The notes under the pieces: model-generated | What the model was told of the DNA's origin: nothing | Databases searched by the model: none | The model's input: only the letters and a program-made list of their open reading frames with translations | Part shown: in pieces, positions 37,624 through 49,519 of the stretch | Layout of the letters: every line of letters starts with the position of its first letter | How positions within the stretch are numbered: the stretch's first letter is position 1 | Program-made: the position numbers and the translations under genes | DNA from: Rhina ancylostomus | Lineage: Eukaryota | Direction: 5' to 3' | Assembly (NCBI GenBank): GCA_030265395.1 | Contig: JARFYF010000007.1 | Coordinates: 74,071,384 to 74,135,383, forward strand | Length of the DNA: 64,000 nucleotides

Positions 37624-37723
37624 NNNNNNNNNNNNNNNNNNNNNNNNNNNNNNNNNNNNNNNNNNNNNNNNNNNNNNNNNNNNNNNNNNNNNNNNNNNNN
37701 NNNNNNNNNNNNNNNNNNNNNNN

Positions 37724-38116
37724 AACATCTAAAGCCTGGAACCTCAAGCAGCCATTCCTGTCCTTGTGACAGCCAAATCTCCGCAATGGCCACAACATCG
37801 TAATTCCATGTACTGATCCATGCTCGAAGTTCATCACTCTTATTTTTAACACTTTTTGCATTAAGGTAAACTCATTTCAACCCATCTAACTGATTGCATT
37901 TATGAACCATCCCCTGCCTATCCTTCCTCACCTTCTTTGTACACATCGCGCCTACTTCTATACCAACTGATCCATCTTCTAATCTAAAACTCTGGTTTCC
38001 ATCCCCCTGCCAACCTAGTTTAAACCCTTCCCAACAGCTCGAGCAAACCTGCCCGCAAGGATATTGGTCCTTCTCCAGTTCAGGTGGAACCCATCGCTTT
38101 TCTACAGGTCATACCT
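37724..38116 (-). mobile_element. CR1 LINE internal fragment (ORF1 end / ORF2 endonuclease start)
   Basis: Minus ORF AIAEIWLSQGQEWLLEVPGFRC, an APE motif (ITETWL...IPGY). Confidence 0.7.
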
Positions 38117-38667
38117 GACATATGTTGTGAAATTTGTTGTTTTGTAGCTGCAGTACAGTGCAAGATATAAAAATTACTATATGCTCCAAAAATAAATAAA
38201 TAGTATGAAAGAGAAATAATGACGTAGTGTTCATGGGTTCATGGACTGTTCAGTAATCTGATGGCAGAGGGGAAGAAGCTGTTTCTGAAATGTTGGGTGT
38301 GGGTCTTCAGGCTCCTGTACCCAATGGTAGTTATGAGAAAAGGGCATGTCCCAGATGGTGAGGGTCCTTAGAGATGGATGCCACCTTCTTGAGGCACTGC
38401 TTCTTGAAGATGTCCTTGATGTTGGGGAGGGTTGTGCCCACGATGGAGCTGGCAGAGTCTACAACCGTCTGCAGCCTCTTGAGATCCTGTGCATTGGAGC
38501 CTTCATACCAGGTTGTGATGCAATTAGTCAGAATGCTCTCCACCTTGCATCAAGAGAAATTTGTATATTTGGTGACGTATCAAATCTCCTTAAGCTCCTT
38601 GTAACAAAGTGTAGTTGCTGGTGTGCCGCCTTCATGATTGTGTCAATGTGTTGGGCCCAGGATAGAT
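38117..38667 (-). mobile_element. Rex1/Babar LINE 3' fragment
   Basis: Minus ORF ESILTNCITTWYEGSNAQDLKRLQTVVDSASSIVGTTLPNIKDIFKKQCLKKVASISKDPHHLGHALF. Confidence 0.85.
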
Positions 38668-40319
38668 CAAACAATCATCATAAACTAAACTCGCCATGAG
38701 AAAATTAAGCCTTGCCCAATTCAGTTTAGGTATACTTTTAAGCTGTGATGAGTGTTCATTAACCCTTCTATCCCACAAGAGTAAATGTTAAAAGTTTCAT
38801 TCATTCATATTGTTACGTATATTCTCCCCCTCCTCCATGTTTTTTTTCATTTCTTCAACTTCCTCTGAACCTACTCTAACATTTAATTGATCCTTCTAAA
38901 ACGCAACTTATTTTCAGTCTTTCAGCCTGATTTGTTAAGTTGCTTTCCCTGTTCATTCCAATCCCAGTTACCCTATAGAGGGTCCAGCAGCTTGGAGATT
39001 AAAGGGAAAAGGGCAAATTTAACCAACAGCAGGCAGTGTTTCTTGACCAGAAACTACAAAATTCTGAGCTGTTGTAACTGCCACATAGTAGGATTAGGAA
39101 GTGACGATGTTAGTGATATGATAGATAGGATCAGTGTTAATCTTTTGTCAGAGGTATATTCACTATTATTTAGTAGTTTGAGACTCCTAAAGTGTCAAAG
39201 AACTAACATTTAATGATGTACAATTTGCCTCGTATATGCAAATATCAATTGTAGCTTTTGTCAAAAATTAAAACACCCATTCACACATGCTAAAGATTTT
39301 ATGCCAAAAATCATTGCCAAATTAAATTAGGCTGGTGGATTTCCTTGGTGTCGAAACCAAAAAGTCATCTAAAAGCTAATAACAGAGCTAAATTTACCAA
39401 AACAAAATGTTGCAAAAGTAGTGAGACAGAAAAGGGCTATAGGATGAAATGTGAGGGAAGTGATTCAAATACATTTTGACTAGAACCCTACAAAATGGAG
39501 TAGCATAGGGTGGTGTTTATTACTTAATCATTAAGTTGGTAGTTTCAGAGTAGACTTAGGCGGTAGTTGAACAGACACATCAAACATTGATTTGCAGTGC
39601 ATCAAGAGATGGTTGGAGTGTGGGATTCAATTGGATCTTACATTCAGACATAGGCACAACAGGCTGATGAAATTAAAGCACCTTCACAATTTCCTGTCGA
39701 CATGTCTTGTTTTATTGATGTAACCGGTTCTATTAGCAACTTTCCTCTTGATTGAAAGCATCAAAGACTTGAAGCCCTTGCGTTTCCTCTTCCCAGCCAC
39801 ATTTACTGTTGAATTTAAATTGAGACTCAACACCTTATCTTGTCTTCCTATTTCTTCTTTCCAGTCCTAAGGCTTCCAACTTTGTATCATTTAGTTACTG
39901 TTTATTTACTCTTTCTTATTTTACTCAGTTTAAACCCACATTAGTCTTTTCCTCAAAGTAAGGAAAGACTGGATGATTCTGAATGTGCTACTTCTGTGCC
40001 TTATTTTTGAACGTGTCTTTAAAATGTTATCCTTCAGTACATTATGCAAACTAAGAATTTGGAATGAGTTTGGAAGCATTCATAGAAGAAATTTTTGTGG
40101 GCTGTTCATGGGTTGGAACATTTAGTTCTGATAAATTTTCCTAAACATCTGCTTGAGCTTGTAGATTTGTGAACATCTGTCTTATCTCAGTTTCCTTTTT
40201 GTGAAGTGATCACACATTCAAATCCAGTTGACATTGAAGGTTTTGGTGGGTCTTCAAGACTGTAACTGGATTTGTTTGTGTGATCCAGTAAAACCACAAT
40301 TTTTTGGTACAAAGCAAAA

Positions 40320-40440
40320 TGGTACAAATGCTGGATATCTGAAATAAAAAATAGTAAAGGTAAGAACTACTTGGGTCAGGAGCAATCTGTGGAGAGAAAA
40401 CTTAACATTCAGATCCATGTCCTATTTTAGAACTGGAAAT
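40320..40440 (-). mobile_element. Degenerate Penelope-type terminal fragment
   Basis: aaatgctggatatctgaaataaaaa...gggtcaggagcaatctgtggagagaaaacttaacattcagatc; same family as 19795-19930. Confidence 0.5.
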
Positions 40441-40986
40441 AATAGATAAAACAATAGATGCAATAAAAAAAGAGATTTCTACAGAGAAATTAACTGCTAA
40501 AAAGGATATTGGTACAAAGCAAAAAGGGGTGGTGATTGGGCAAATAAAAGACGTTGAAGAAAATGTTGGAGCTGGAAATAAAGTCACTGAAATTCTTGGA
40601 CTGTCTGAAAGACTGGCTTGTTGAAAGATGTAAGAAATTAGATGCAGAATGTATGTGTTTGGGGTCTGAGGACAGAACCCATAGAGGGAAGTTCTTCAGA
40701 GGAGGTGAGGTCATTGACAGTCTTGGAAGCAAAATGGGTGAATTGGTGGTTCTTTGGAAGGTTCAGGGCAGTGTTGGATGGTTAGAACTCAGCTTTTTCA
40801 ATTAGTTTGGTTCACCACACAACAGTAATGTCATTCTTGTCAATACATTTAATCAGAGTTTGAGCAGATAATAGCAAACTGTTGCAAGTTTAGAAAGACG
40901 TAGGTTAAAGTAAGCAGAGTTGAAAAATGTCATCGTGTTTTATTTATGTTTAAATGTTTTAGTTACTAAATTTTCTTCTCGAGTAG

Positions 40987-41186
40987 AAGTGGGGTCATCT
41001 CTCCTTCGACATCCATCTCCTGAGCTTTCTCGTCTGATCTCGGCTCATAGTTCCCTGCCCAAGGGAGAAAGAAATTTCCAGTGGCCTGTTCTNNNNNNNN
41101 NNNNNNAGCACCATGATTTAGAAGGGTTGGAAATGGCAATGAGACATGCCCTAAGGAAATCTGCTTGCAGAGTGTATGCTCTGGAG
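40987..41186 (+). CDS. MYCBP2: MYCBP2 exon (EVGSSLLRHPSPELSRLISAH...NFQWPV[gap]HHDLEGLEMAMRHALRKSACRVYALE)
   Basis: gagtag acceptor (tandem AGs), GAG|gtcagt donor; 14-N gap inside keeps frame. Confidence 0.9.
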
Positions 41187-41349
41187 GTCAGTATATTGAT
41201 CAGTTTTCCTTTTCATTATGTCATGCACTTTCTGCATTCAACAACTTGTAGTTAATGTTCTTATCAGATCTGAATTCAAAGCGATCGACTCCTATGATTA
41301 AAGACAAAAGACCAAAGCGTTAATTTTGTGACTCTTTCAATGTTAACAG

Positions 41350-41499
41350 GCCTTCAATTGGTTGTTGTGCAGTGTCATTCAGACAACTGCTCTCCACGAT
41401 ATTCTCTGGCACTTTGTGGCATCTCTGACTCCAGCTCCCTTGGAATTAGAAGATGAAGAAGTTGATGATAACAAAGTGAACAAAGAGAATGGAGAACAG
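41350..41499 (+). CDS. MYCBP2: MYCBP2 exon (AFNWLLCSVIQTTALHDILWHFVASLTPAP...KENGEQ)
   Basis: taacag acceptor, CAG|gttagt donor; phase 0-0. Confidence 0.94.
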
Positions 41500-42669
41500 G
41501 TTAGTTAAATATTGCAATGTCTGAGTGTATTTGACTGAGCCAGATGGAAATTAGAGATGCAACTCCATAGTTTACTGTCCTGGGGATTTTTGCACATTAC
41601 TTTTTGTGATGTGGAAATCCAGAAATTGATGTCAGTGATTCAGCCTCTTACAGAGGGTAGAACATCTTCAGCATCTTCTGTTTTAATCAAAGGACATTGG
41701 CTAATAAATGCTTTTGACTATACACAATCCAGTCTTGCTGCAAAACATCCTGAAAATGTTATGCTGGGATACACAAGGTTTCGATTTTTACAGATTTAGT
41801 AAACGAGCTCTTTGGCTCTTAAAAAAAAAAGCACTTTTACATGGATGGCAATTCCCTCAGTTGAATTTTTCAAAGTATGATTTATTTAATTTTTTAAGAT
41901 GTATGATATTTTATCTTTTGTCTGAATCTCTTATGTATTCCAATTATTATTTTTGCCCTCCCTATTGACTGGTTTAAAAAAATTGTTCTTTGTCTTTAGC
42001 TGAATGAGAGAATTCTTCAACATAATTGGCTGTTCAGCCATTTTAACAACATCACTATTTCCACGTGCTCAGGATGACTTTGAACTGATGCTTGTCATCA
42101 ACTGACATTGGAAAGAATGCACTTGACTGAGAATGTTTGTTTGTTTTGGACTGCTTTCTTCAAGGTCAATAGAGAGCATTGTTGCTTTGCTGCAAACCAC
42201 AAAAACTCAGGTCAATAGCTTGGCTTTCAGATGCTTTTGCATCTGGGATAAAATGGACTTTGAGATATGAGCACCGATTTGCAATGCATTAGGATTCTGC
42301 CTCATGATTAAAATTCCTTCATTTTTGATCTTCACTGGACCCCTTAGTGTGTCTGCCCAGAAATGAACAAGTGACAACCGTAGTAATTTTTACAGTCTAA
42401 GTACTGACAGATTGGGCACCAAATAAAGGATATACAAAGCAGGTGTCCTTCATTGACAAGACTGCTTTAAACGGTTCTCATAGAGGCTATCAATGTGTGG
42501 CTATTGAGAGTTCTTTTGTAAAATAAGCTTGCAATGTTTTTGTCTTGTTTTTGCTACCATTTCACCCAATAACATGACCTTCATTCATAATTTCATTATA
42601 AATGGTTCTAAAACTTAAGCAGTTATAGAGTTGTACATCTTAGAAATGGTAGAAACCAAGAAACTTAGA

Positions 42670-43470
42670 ACTGCCATTTACTGTATATGTCCTACCCTTA
42701 TTTGACTTCCCTAAATGCATCACCGTGTACTGGTCGGGATTAAATTCCATCTGCCAATGTTCCGTTTTGCCTATCAACACTAATTCTGTCTGCCAGTACT
42801 TGGTCTGTATAGCTCTATGCCTTGCCTATTCAAGTTCCTGTCTAAATGACCCAACCATCTCCTCTGATCCCCTTTAAAACTTCTCTCTCTCACCCTTAAA
42901 CCTATGCCCTCTTGTTCTTGACATTTCGACCATGGGGGGGAAGATTCTATGTACCCAATGCAAGTCTCATTATTTTGTACACCTCTATCAGGTTACCCCT
43001 CAGCCTCTTGCTCCAGGAAAAATGAGCTCTGCCTAACCAATCTCTCATTATAACTGAAGTCCTCCAATCCACACAACAACCTGGTGAATCTCCTCTGCAC
43101 CCTCTCCGCACAATCGCATCCTTCCTATGATATGATGACCAGAACTGCACACAGTACTCCATGTGTGACTTAGCAACTGTTTTGCAAAGTTGAAGCACAA
43201 TGTCCCAGCTCTTATATTGTATGCCCTGACTCAATGAAGGCAAGCATGCCATATGCTGCCTTCGGAATCCTATCTACTGGTGTTGCCACTTTCAGGAACT
43301 ATGGACTTGAATCCTAAGCTCTTACTGTGTTGACATTCCTCAGGGCTCTACCATTTACTGTATATGTCCTGCCCTATTTGACTTCCCTAAATGCACCACT
43401 GTGCACTGGTCGGGATTAAATTCCATCTGCCAATGCTCCGTCCAACTTTCCATCTGATCTTATATCCTGT
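42670..43470 (-). mobile_element. CR1 LINE ORF2 3' fragment with an internal duplication
   Basis: Minus ORF GIQYKSWDIVLQLCKTVAKSHMEYCVQFWSSYHRKD...RLRGNLIEVYKIM. Confidence 0.85.
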
Positions 43471-43591
43471 TGTACTACTAGTGCGGAGTATCTTTTCCCG
43501 AGAAGGTAAACCAAATATGAGGAATGATATTGCTAGATTTTAGAGAATTTTCTATGGTGAAGTCACTAATTGCCTTTCTTGTTACAATTAG

Positions 43592-43752
43592 GAGAAAGAT
43601 ACTGGAGTCTGTGAGCATCCATTGTCTGATATTGTGATCGCTGGGGAAGCAGCTTACCCTTTACCTCAGACTTTCCATCGCCTCCTGCAAACTATTTCAG
43701 ACTTGATGATGTCACTCCCCAGTGGCAGTTCACTGCAACAGATGGCTCTACG
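43592..43752 (+). CDS. MYCBP2: MYCBP2 exon (EKDTGVCEHPLSDIVIAGEAAYPLPQTFHRLLQTISDLMMSLPSGSSLQQMALR)
   Basis: aattag acceptor, CG|gtaggc donor; phase 0-2. Confidence 0.94.
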
Positions 43753-46042
43753 GTAGGCTTTTGCTCGTCTGTTGATATGAAGAAATTTCATTCCTCTGAA
43801 ATTTCAGGGATTGCATGCAGGAAGGGTAATAACTTGGCTTGAAATTCACTCACCAGGTCAATAATTTTAGATCTGATTACAAAATATTTTAAGTTCTCAT
43901 GAGTTCTATCAGTAGCAAATTGTAAATAATTTTAACTTGGCTTGCAAACTGATACCAAAGTAGATCTTCAGACATAATTATTTTGTGGGATACTGCAAGA
44001 TTCATGCACTTCTGGTTAAATCCTGCAATTGCCTTGCCTGCAAGAATTTGGGGGTTAACTCCCCGTAATAGAACCCCATGCTGCAGCTGTTAAGTGTATT
44101 TCATTATGCAATACCAAGTCATGAATAACAGAGGTATTTGGTTGAATTTATGGTCTTTGAGTTATGAGGCATCAGTTTGAACAGCAGTTGATGTGTTGTA
44201 ATTGGCATCAGCAATCATAGACGTTGACAGTGAAAATCAGGCAAGTTCGCTTTTCTGTTTACTGCCCAGTGAACATTACTGGGAAATGGATGAAGACAGC
44301 ATTTGGTTTGATTCTGATGTGTGGTCTTCACTTGTATTTAAAGATTGGTCGCTTGGGTGAAGTTACAATGTGTCACCTATCACCCTGCTTTAAGGATGAT
44401 GTGAGTGAGTTATTTAACTTAAAGGAACTTGGCATTTGAGTACGTACTTTAAAGCATCTTGGGGATAATTTAAGTTGCTATCTTAGGCTTGCAGTCATTG
44501 GTGTTGGATTTGGTTGGAGTTAACTAAGTAAACAAATTTAATGGATGAAATTATGCTCAATCAACGCTTGTCACCCCAATCTAGCCCTGCATTTGCACCT
44601 ACATTTTCTGAACCTTGGGCTCCTAACCACCTTGAAGTCTGTAGATTGCATGAAATGTACTAGTACAGCAGGCGCACCCACCTCTTTCTCTCCCCCGCCC
44701 ACTGAGGGGTTGAGTCCTGGGAAAACGATCTTTATCACAATTTCCCATATAACAAACCCTTAACAGAAATTAATTGACACAATTTGTTGTTTTGTATTTT
44801 GTTTTTTAGGTTTTTTCACGAATTCCATAAGAGTGATTTATTTTTTCTTTCATATCTCAAATTTTTAGGTAGACATTTGTGAATTTCAAAAGGGCAAATT
44901 TCCATAACTCAAACTGCCATAATGCTGGGGTACACTACTCATCAAACTCCTTACTTCCACAAAATATTAATTTGTTAGTCGGGCATGAATTCCTTGCACC
45001 CATGCCAATTGTTATTGTTTAATCTGTGCCTTTCAGAATGCTGCCTTATACCATTATTTAATAAATCTGGGCAATCTGATGATTCGCTTTTTAATCCTAG
45101 TGTATTTTGCCACAGGAGTTCTGTAGGGGTTACTTTTTAAAAATTTAAAGTTACAAAATTTAATAACTTCCTAATGTAAAAATGTTTTGTTTCAGCTGAT
45201 AGGCCAAAGTATATATGTCTTATAAAATAATTCAACATATTCAAACAAAATTATTCATATTTAAATATTTTGTTACCAAAGTACATATGTATGTCTTGTT
45301 CCAACTTTGAAAAACTGGAAACACAGAGGTCATTTATCATCTGCAGTGTTGACATTTTGCTATTCAAGGCAGTTTGTACTGGGGGAAAAAAGATGTGCAG
45401 ATGAATTTTCAATATGTCTTCTCCATGGATTCAGATTAGTGTATTATAAATTTGGAGCATTTTCTGTTCTTATGAACTAAGATAAGATTTGCTGTTATGA
45501 TAGCTCTTTAAACATGTATGTCTGTGCATGAATGCAATACAACTTTTAACCCACAAAAATGACTTAATTCTGTTTAATTCAATTTCCATTGGGCACAGGC
45601 AATGAATCTTCTCAGAGGCTGCAAATTGCTTATTTAATCACATCAGAGTGAGTGTGTGGCTCTGACTTCTTCACAGTTTTGCATTTGAGGACTGCTGGAT
45701 ACAGCATTCATTACTGCATTTGCTTGTGAGTTAGGAAGTGTAGGAACGCTACGATTTGCATTGTTCAGTGCCTCAGAATGCATGAAATAGACAAATAAGC
45801 AACTCTATTACATACTGCTCAGAAAATGGGCAGCCACTAAGCTCAAGTATTATTGCATCTAAAGATTGCTTCTTGTTGGGTAATTAGTGCAGACCAGATA
45901 TAATAGTCAAATCCTTGGCTCTCCAGAAAAATAAGTATTCCTGTTTTAATTTCTCTGCGCACCCATCCCTGGTCTCAGTGTGCAATTGTCGTCTTCAAAT
46001 CACAAGCATTACTCTGCTAATATTTGTTCATTTTGTATATAG

Positions 46043-46199
46043 ATGCTGGAGTCTGAAATTCAAGCAGTCTGATCATCAATTCCTTCATCAGAGCAATGTT
46101 TTTCACCACATCAATAATATTCTTTCAAAATCTGATGATGGTGATAGTGAAGAAAGCTTTAATATTAGTGTTCAATCTGGTTATGAAGCATTAAATCAG
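46043..46199 (+). CDS. MYCBP2: MYCBP2 exon (CWSLKFKQSDHQFLHQSNVFHHINNILSKSDDGDSEESF...LNQ)
   Basis: atatag acceptor, CAG|gtaaaa donor; phase 2-0. Confidence 0.94.
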
Positions 46200-46707
46200 G
46201 TAAAACTAACATTCGTGTATTTTTTTTGAACTGAACTGAACTGAATTTTGCTGTTAATAGATGTTACCACAAGATTTAGGCTAGTGGGGGTCAGATTCGT
46301 GTGGTTTTATTAACTTTGATTTGGTTGACCCAGTAAAATATTTCCCCATGATTTTCTGGTCCAAGGTATTGCTGAGTATCTGCTGTCCGGCTCCAGATAG
46401 CAGATACTCAAGCCTGTTCAAGTACTTAGCAGCCTATTCAAGTACCAGACTAATAATGGGCCTAGTACTTTCCTCACCCGGTGTACATGCCAAACTGTAT
46501 TGTAAGCAAAATGTTACTTGCCCTCCTGAAATTGCCAGTTATTATTGTATGTGGTTTGTCTATTCCAACTCTTCTATATTGTTTCAGAAAGAAATAGATG
46601 ATTTTTTTATCTGTAAGACCCAACAATGATTGTTGCTTTTGTGAAAATAGTGTCCACTTACAACCTTTTCTAAGAGAAAAATCAGATTGTTTTATGTTTC
46701 ATAGCAG

Positions 46708-46932
46708 GAGCTCTGTACAGTAACATGCTTGAAGGACCTCACAGGGATTGTAGATATTAAGACGTCCAGTAGACCAGCCATGATTGGTAGTCTGACAGAT
46801 GGATCAACAGAAACCTTCTGGGAATCGGGTGATGAAGACAAGAACAAAACAAAGAGCATAACCATAAATTGTGTGAAAGGAATTTGTGCCCGTTATGTAT
46901 CTGTGCATGTGGATAATTCTCGAGACTTGGGG
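46708..46932 (+). CDS. MYCBP2: MYCBP2 exon, DOC/APC10 domain part 1 (ELCTVTCLKDLTG...LTDGSTETFWESGDED...VHVDNSRDLG)
   Basis: tagcag tandem acceptor, GGG|gtaagg donor; LTDGSTETFWES is a DOC signature. Confidence 0.93.
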
Positions 46933-47536
46933 GTAAGGATAAGGAATATTTAAAAGTCTTTTATAATTCCAGCACACTTCCAATATCTTTTACAGCCATC
47001 CAAAAAGAATGGAGATCCATTGTCAAGCTCTCTCTTCCTCTAAGCTTGTGGTTTGTGTAGTATTCTAAGTATTTTATGAACAATAAGGCCCTGATGTTTT
47101 TTTTACACGGTATTTTTAATCTCCAAGCTGACAAAAGTCCATAAAACTTCAAACTATTCAAAATGGTAATTCTGCAATTAGTGCTTTGGATGAACATTGC
47201 TCTTATGGTGAAATTATACAACATAGTTGTAAGCTATTTGGCTCGTGCTTGTGTTGGCTTTCTGGAAAACCTATCAATCGATTTTAATCCTACTCAAATA
47301 ACCCCTCTACTTATTACCCTTTGTAAGAATAGATCCAGTTCCTTTTTGAATCTTTGTTTTGACAGTTATTTAATCTATTATATTAAAGCCAAAATATTGT
47401 TACTTTATTATCCTCAAAAATTTTAATGAAAAATTGTGGATTGAGGGATGAGCTGCTTATAATTAATTTAGCAGACACAAGCATTATTGTTTTTCAGATG
47501 TTTACAATTGAAATATGCATTTTCCTCTCAATACAG

Positions 47537-47602
47537 AACAAGGTATCTTCCATGACTTTTTATTCTGGAAAAGCAACTGAAGATCTAAGCAGAATTAAAC
47601 AA
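47537..47602 (+). CDS. MYCBP2: MYCBP2 exon, DOC domain part 2 (NKVSSMTFYSGKATEDLSRIKQ)
   Basis: atacag acceptor, CAA|gtaaga donor; phase 0-0. Confidence 0.92.
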
Positions 47603-48107
47603 GTAAGACTTTGGAAGAAATTGTTCTTCTTGGAAGCAAAGCTTATTTCATTACAGTATGTTTTATTCTCTCCCCTTCCCCCCTTGTATGAAACCTATCA
47701 TTGCAAACTATTTCTTTACTAGAAATCTTAAGCTTTGGATGTCTCATAACCATTGCTCAGTACCTTGGTTAATGCAGCCTTTGTCAAAACACAGAGACCG
47801 GCCTGTTGAGAAAAAGGAATTGTTGGTTATACAAGTATTCATAGATCACTTTAATTTGTATGAGGACAGTAATAGAGATGTACTTTGGAAGGGAGGGATT
47901 TCCTTATGAGACAGTTATGCATGGACAATGAAGGCAAACATGGTGTGGATTTATTAATATATATTTCAGACTTAACTCTTTATGCTCAGTTGACAGAAAC
48001 CCATTTCTGTTTTTTTACAATACTGAATTGCTTTGTTTAAAGAGTGGCTTTACATTTAAACAAGATTTGCTTTTAAGAGTAAACATGGGTCTTCTCTTTT
48101 ATTTAAG

Positions 48108-48347
48108 GCCGATATGGATTCCAGACATATGGGATGGGTTACCAGTGAGCTTCCAGGAGGAGATAATCATATAATTAAAATAGAACTCAAAGGCCCTGAG
48201 AACACCCTGAGAGTTCGCCAAGTCAAAGTTTTGGGGTGGAAGGATAGTGAAAGCATCAAAATTGGTGGACAAATCTCAGCAAGTGTTGCTCAGCAGAAGA
48301 ACTGTGAGGCAGAGACTCTTAGAGTTTTCCGACTTATAACATCACAG
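48108..48347 (+). CDS. MYCBP2: MYCBP2 exon, DOC domain part 3 (ADMDSRHMGWVTSELPGG...TLRVRQVKVLG...AETLRVFRLITSQ)
   Basis: atttaag acceptor, CAG|gtatgt donor; 240 nt, phase 0-0. Confidence 0.94.
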
Positions 48348-48799
48348 GTATGTTAAATAATTTATTTGTGTTCTTGTGATTCAGAATCTTTAATTCACCA
48401 CTGTTAAGTATCTCTAGTGTCGTAATGTGCAAAATGTAACTTCTGTGTCAATCCAAAGAAAAAGCTGTTATTTCTCAGAACAATGTGGTTTTATAAATAT
48501 TTTTTAACTTGCAGGAAAGTTCAACTACTTGGCGATCAGGGTTTAATTAAAAGTACATTTTATCACAAATGTGACTGCATTCAACCATCCTGGTGTTCTA
48601 CCCACAGGTCTCCATCTTATTGCCCACCACTACGATCATTCAAAATGTCCTCTGCATCTTGATTCGCGCCAATTCCTGTTCATTCAACATCCCTGCACTT
48701 GCTGGTCTACATTTTTGCCCACCAGTGCTTCGGTTTTAAAATTCTTAACCTTGTATTTAAATTCCTCCGTGGCTGCTTCTACCTCAGTCACCAACTGGC

Positions 48800-48970
48800 C
48801 CCTGTCAGACCACTCCCCCTCTCTTTATACTGGCTATCTTCCATCTTCATACTCAGTCTCAGGGTTTCGACCCAAAAACATTGACAATTCCTCCACAGAT
48901 GCTTCTGAACACGCTGAGTTTCTCCAGCAGATTGTTGCTGCAGATTCCAGCATCTGCTGTCTCTTGTGTC
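48800..48970 (+). mobile_element. Penelope-type terminal fragment (hammerhead core deleted)
   Basis: cagtctcagggtttcgacccaaaaacattgac...gctgagtttctccagcag...gattccagcatctgc. Confidence 0.6.
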
Positions 48971-49287
48971 TTCATCAATTCCCATACCCTCCTGTGATCA
49001 CTTTAAGTTCTTAGCGCCAATTCCCCAAACAAATCTTTTGACTTGCAGCATTTATCTAATCAAAATAATTATTTTAAAAAATACACTTAAATTTCCACTA
49101 AATCTTACCTGCTTCCTTGGAGCTAGTTAATCTTGTTTCACAACTTTAATTATCCATTTCGTGGTCATCTTGCTAAAAGTAGGCAATGTGCTATATAGTT
49201 TTAAAGTTCATTCTATAATTGGAGTGAAATAATCTCAATTGTCAAAGTTTCTTCTCTTGATAGAACTGGTTTTTGGTGTGTTTACAG

Positions 49288-49377
49288 GTATTTGGCAAAC
49301 TAATATGTGGCGATGCAGAACCTACACCTGAGTTAGAAGACAAAACTATTTTATCATCACCAGAGGGAGAAGAAAAG
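49288..49377 (+). CDS. MYCBP2: MYCBP2 exon (VFGKLICGDAEPTPELEDKTILSSPEGEEK)
   Basis: ttacag acceptor, AAG|gtatgg donor; phase 0-0. Confidence 0.92.
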
Positions 49378-49519
49378 GTATGGCAATGAAATTATGCATG
49401 GTGTATATTTACTGTAAATGGCTCCTCTTCCCACTGAGTCACGGTTAATGTTATTCCATACCATTTCTGTTGGTTCTGATGTGGCTAATGTGGGACCCAG
49501 AGGCTCCGCCACAGAAGGC

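Noticed and set aside
46228-46246. (TGAAC)n short repeat after the donor at 46199
   Set aside because: Simple microsatellite of under 4 units; no evidence of function
49378-49392. Possible extended donor adding residues after EGEEK, as recalled for human (VYN)
   Set aside because: Read-through gives GTA TGG CAA TGA (stop) with no downstream GT donor
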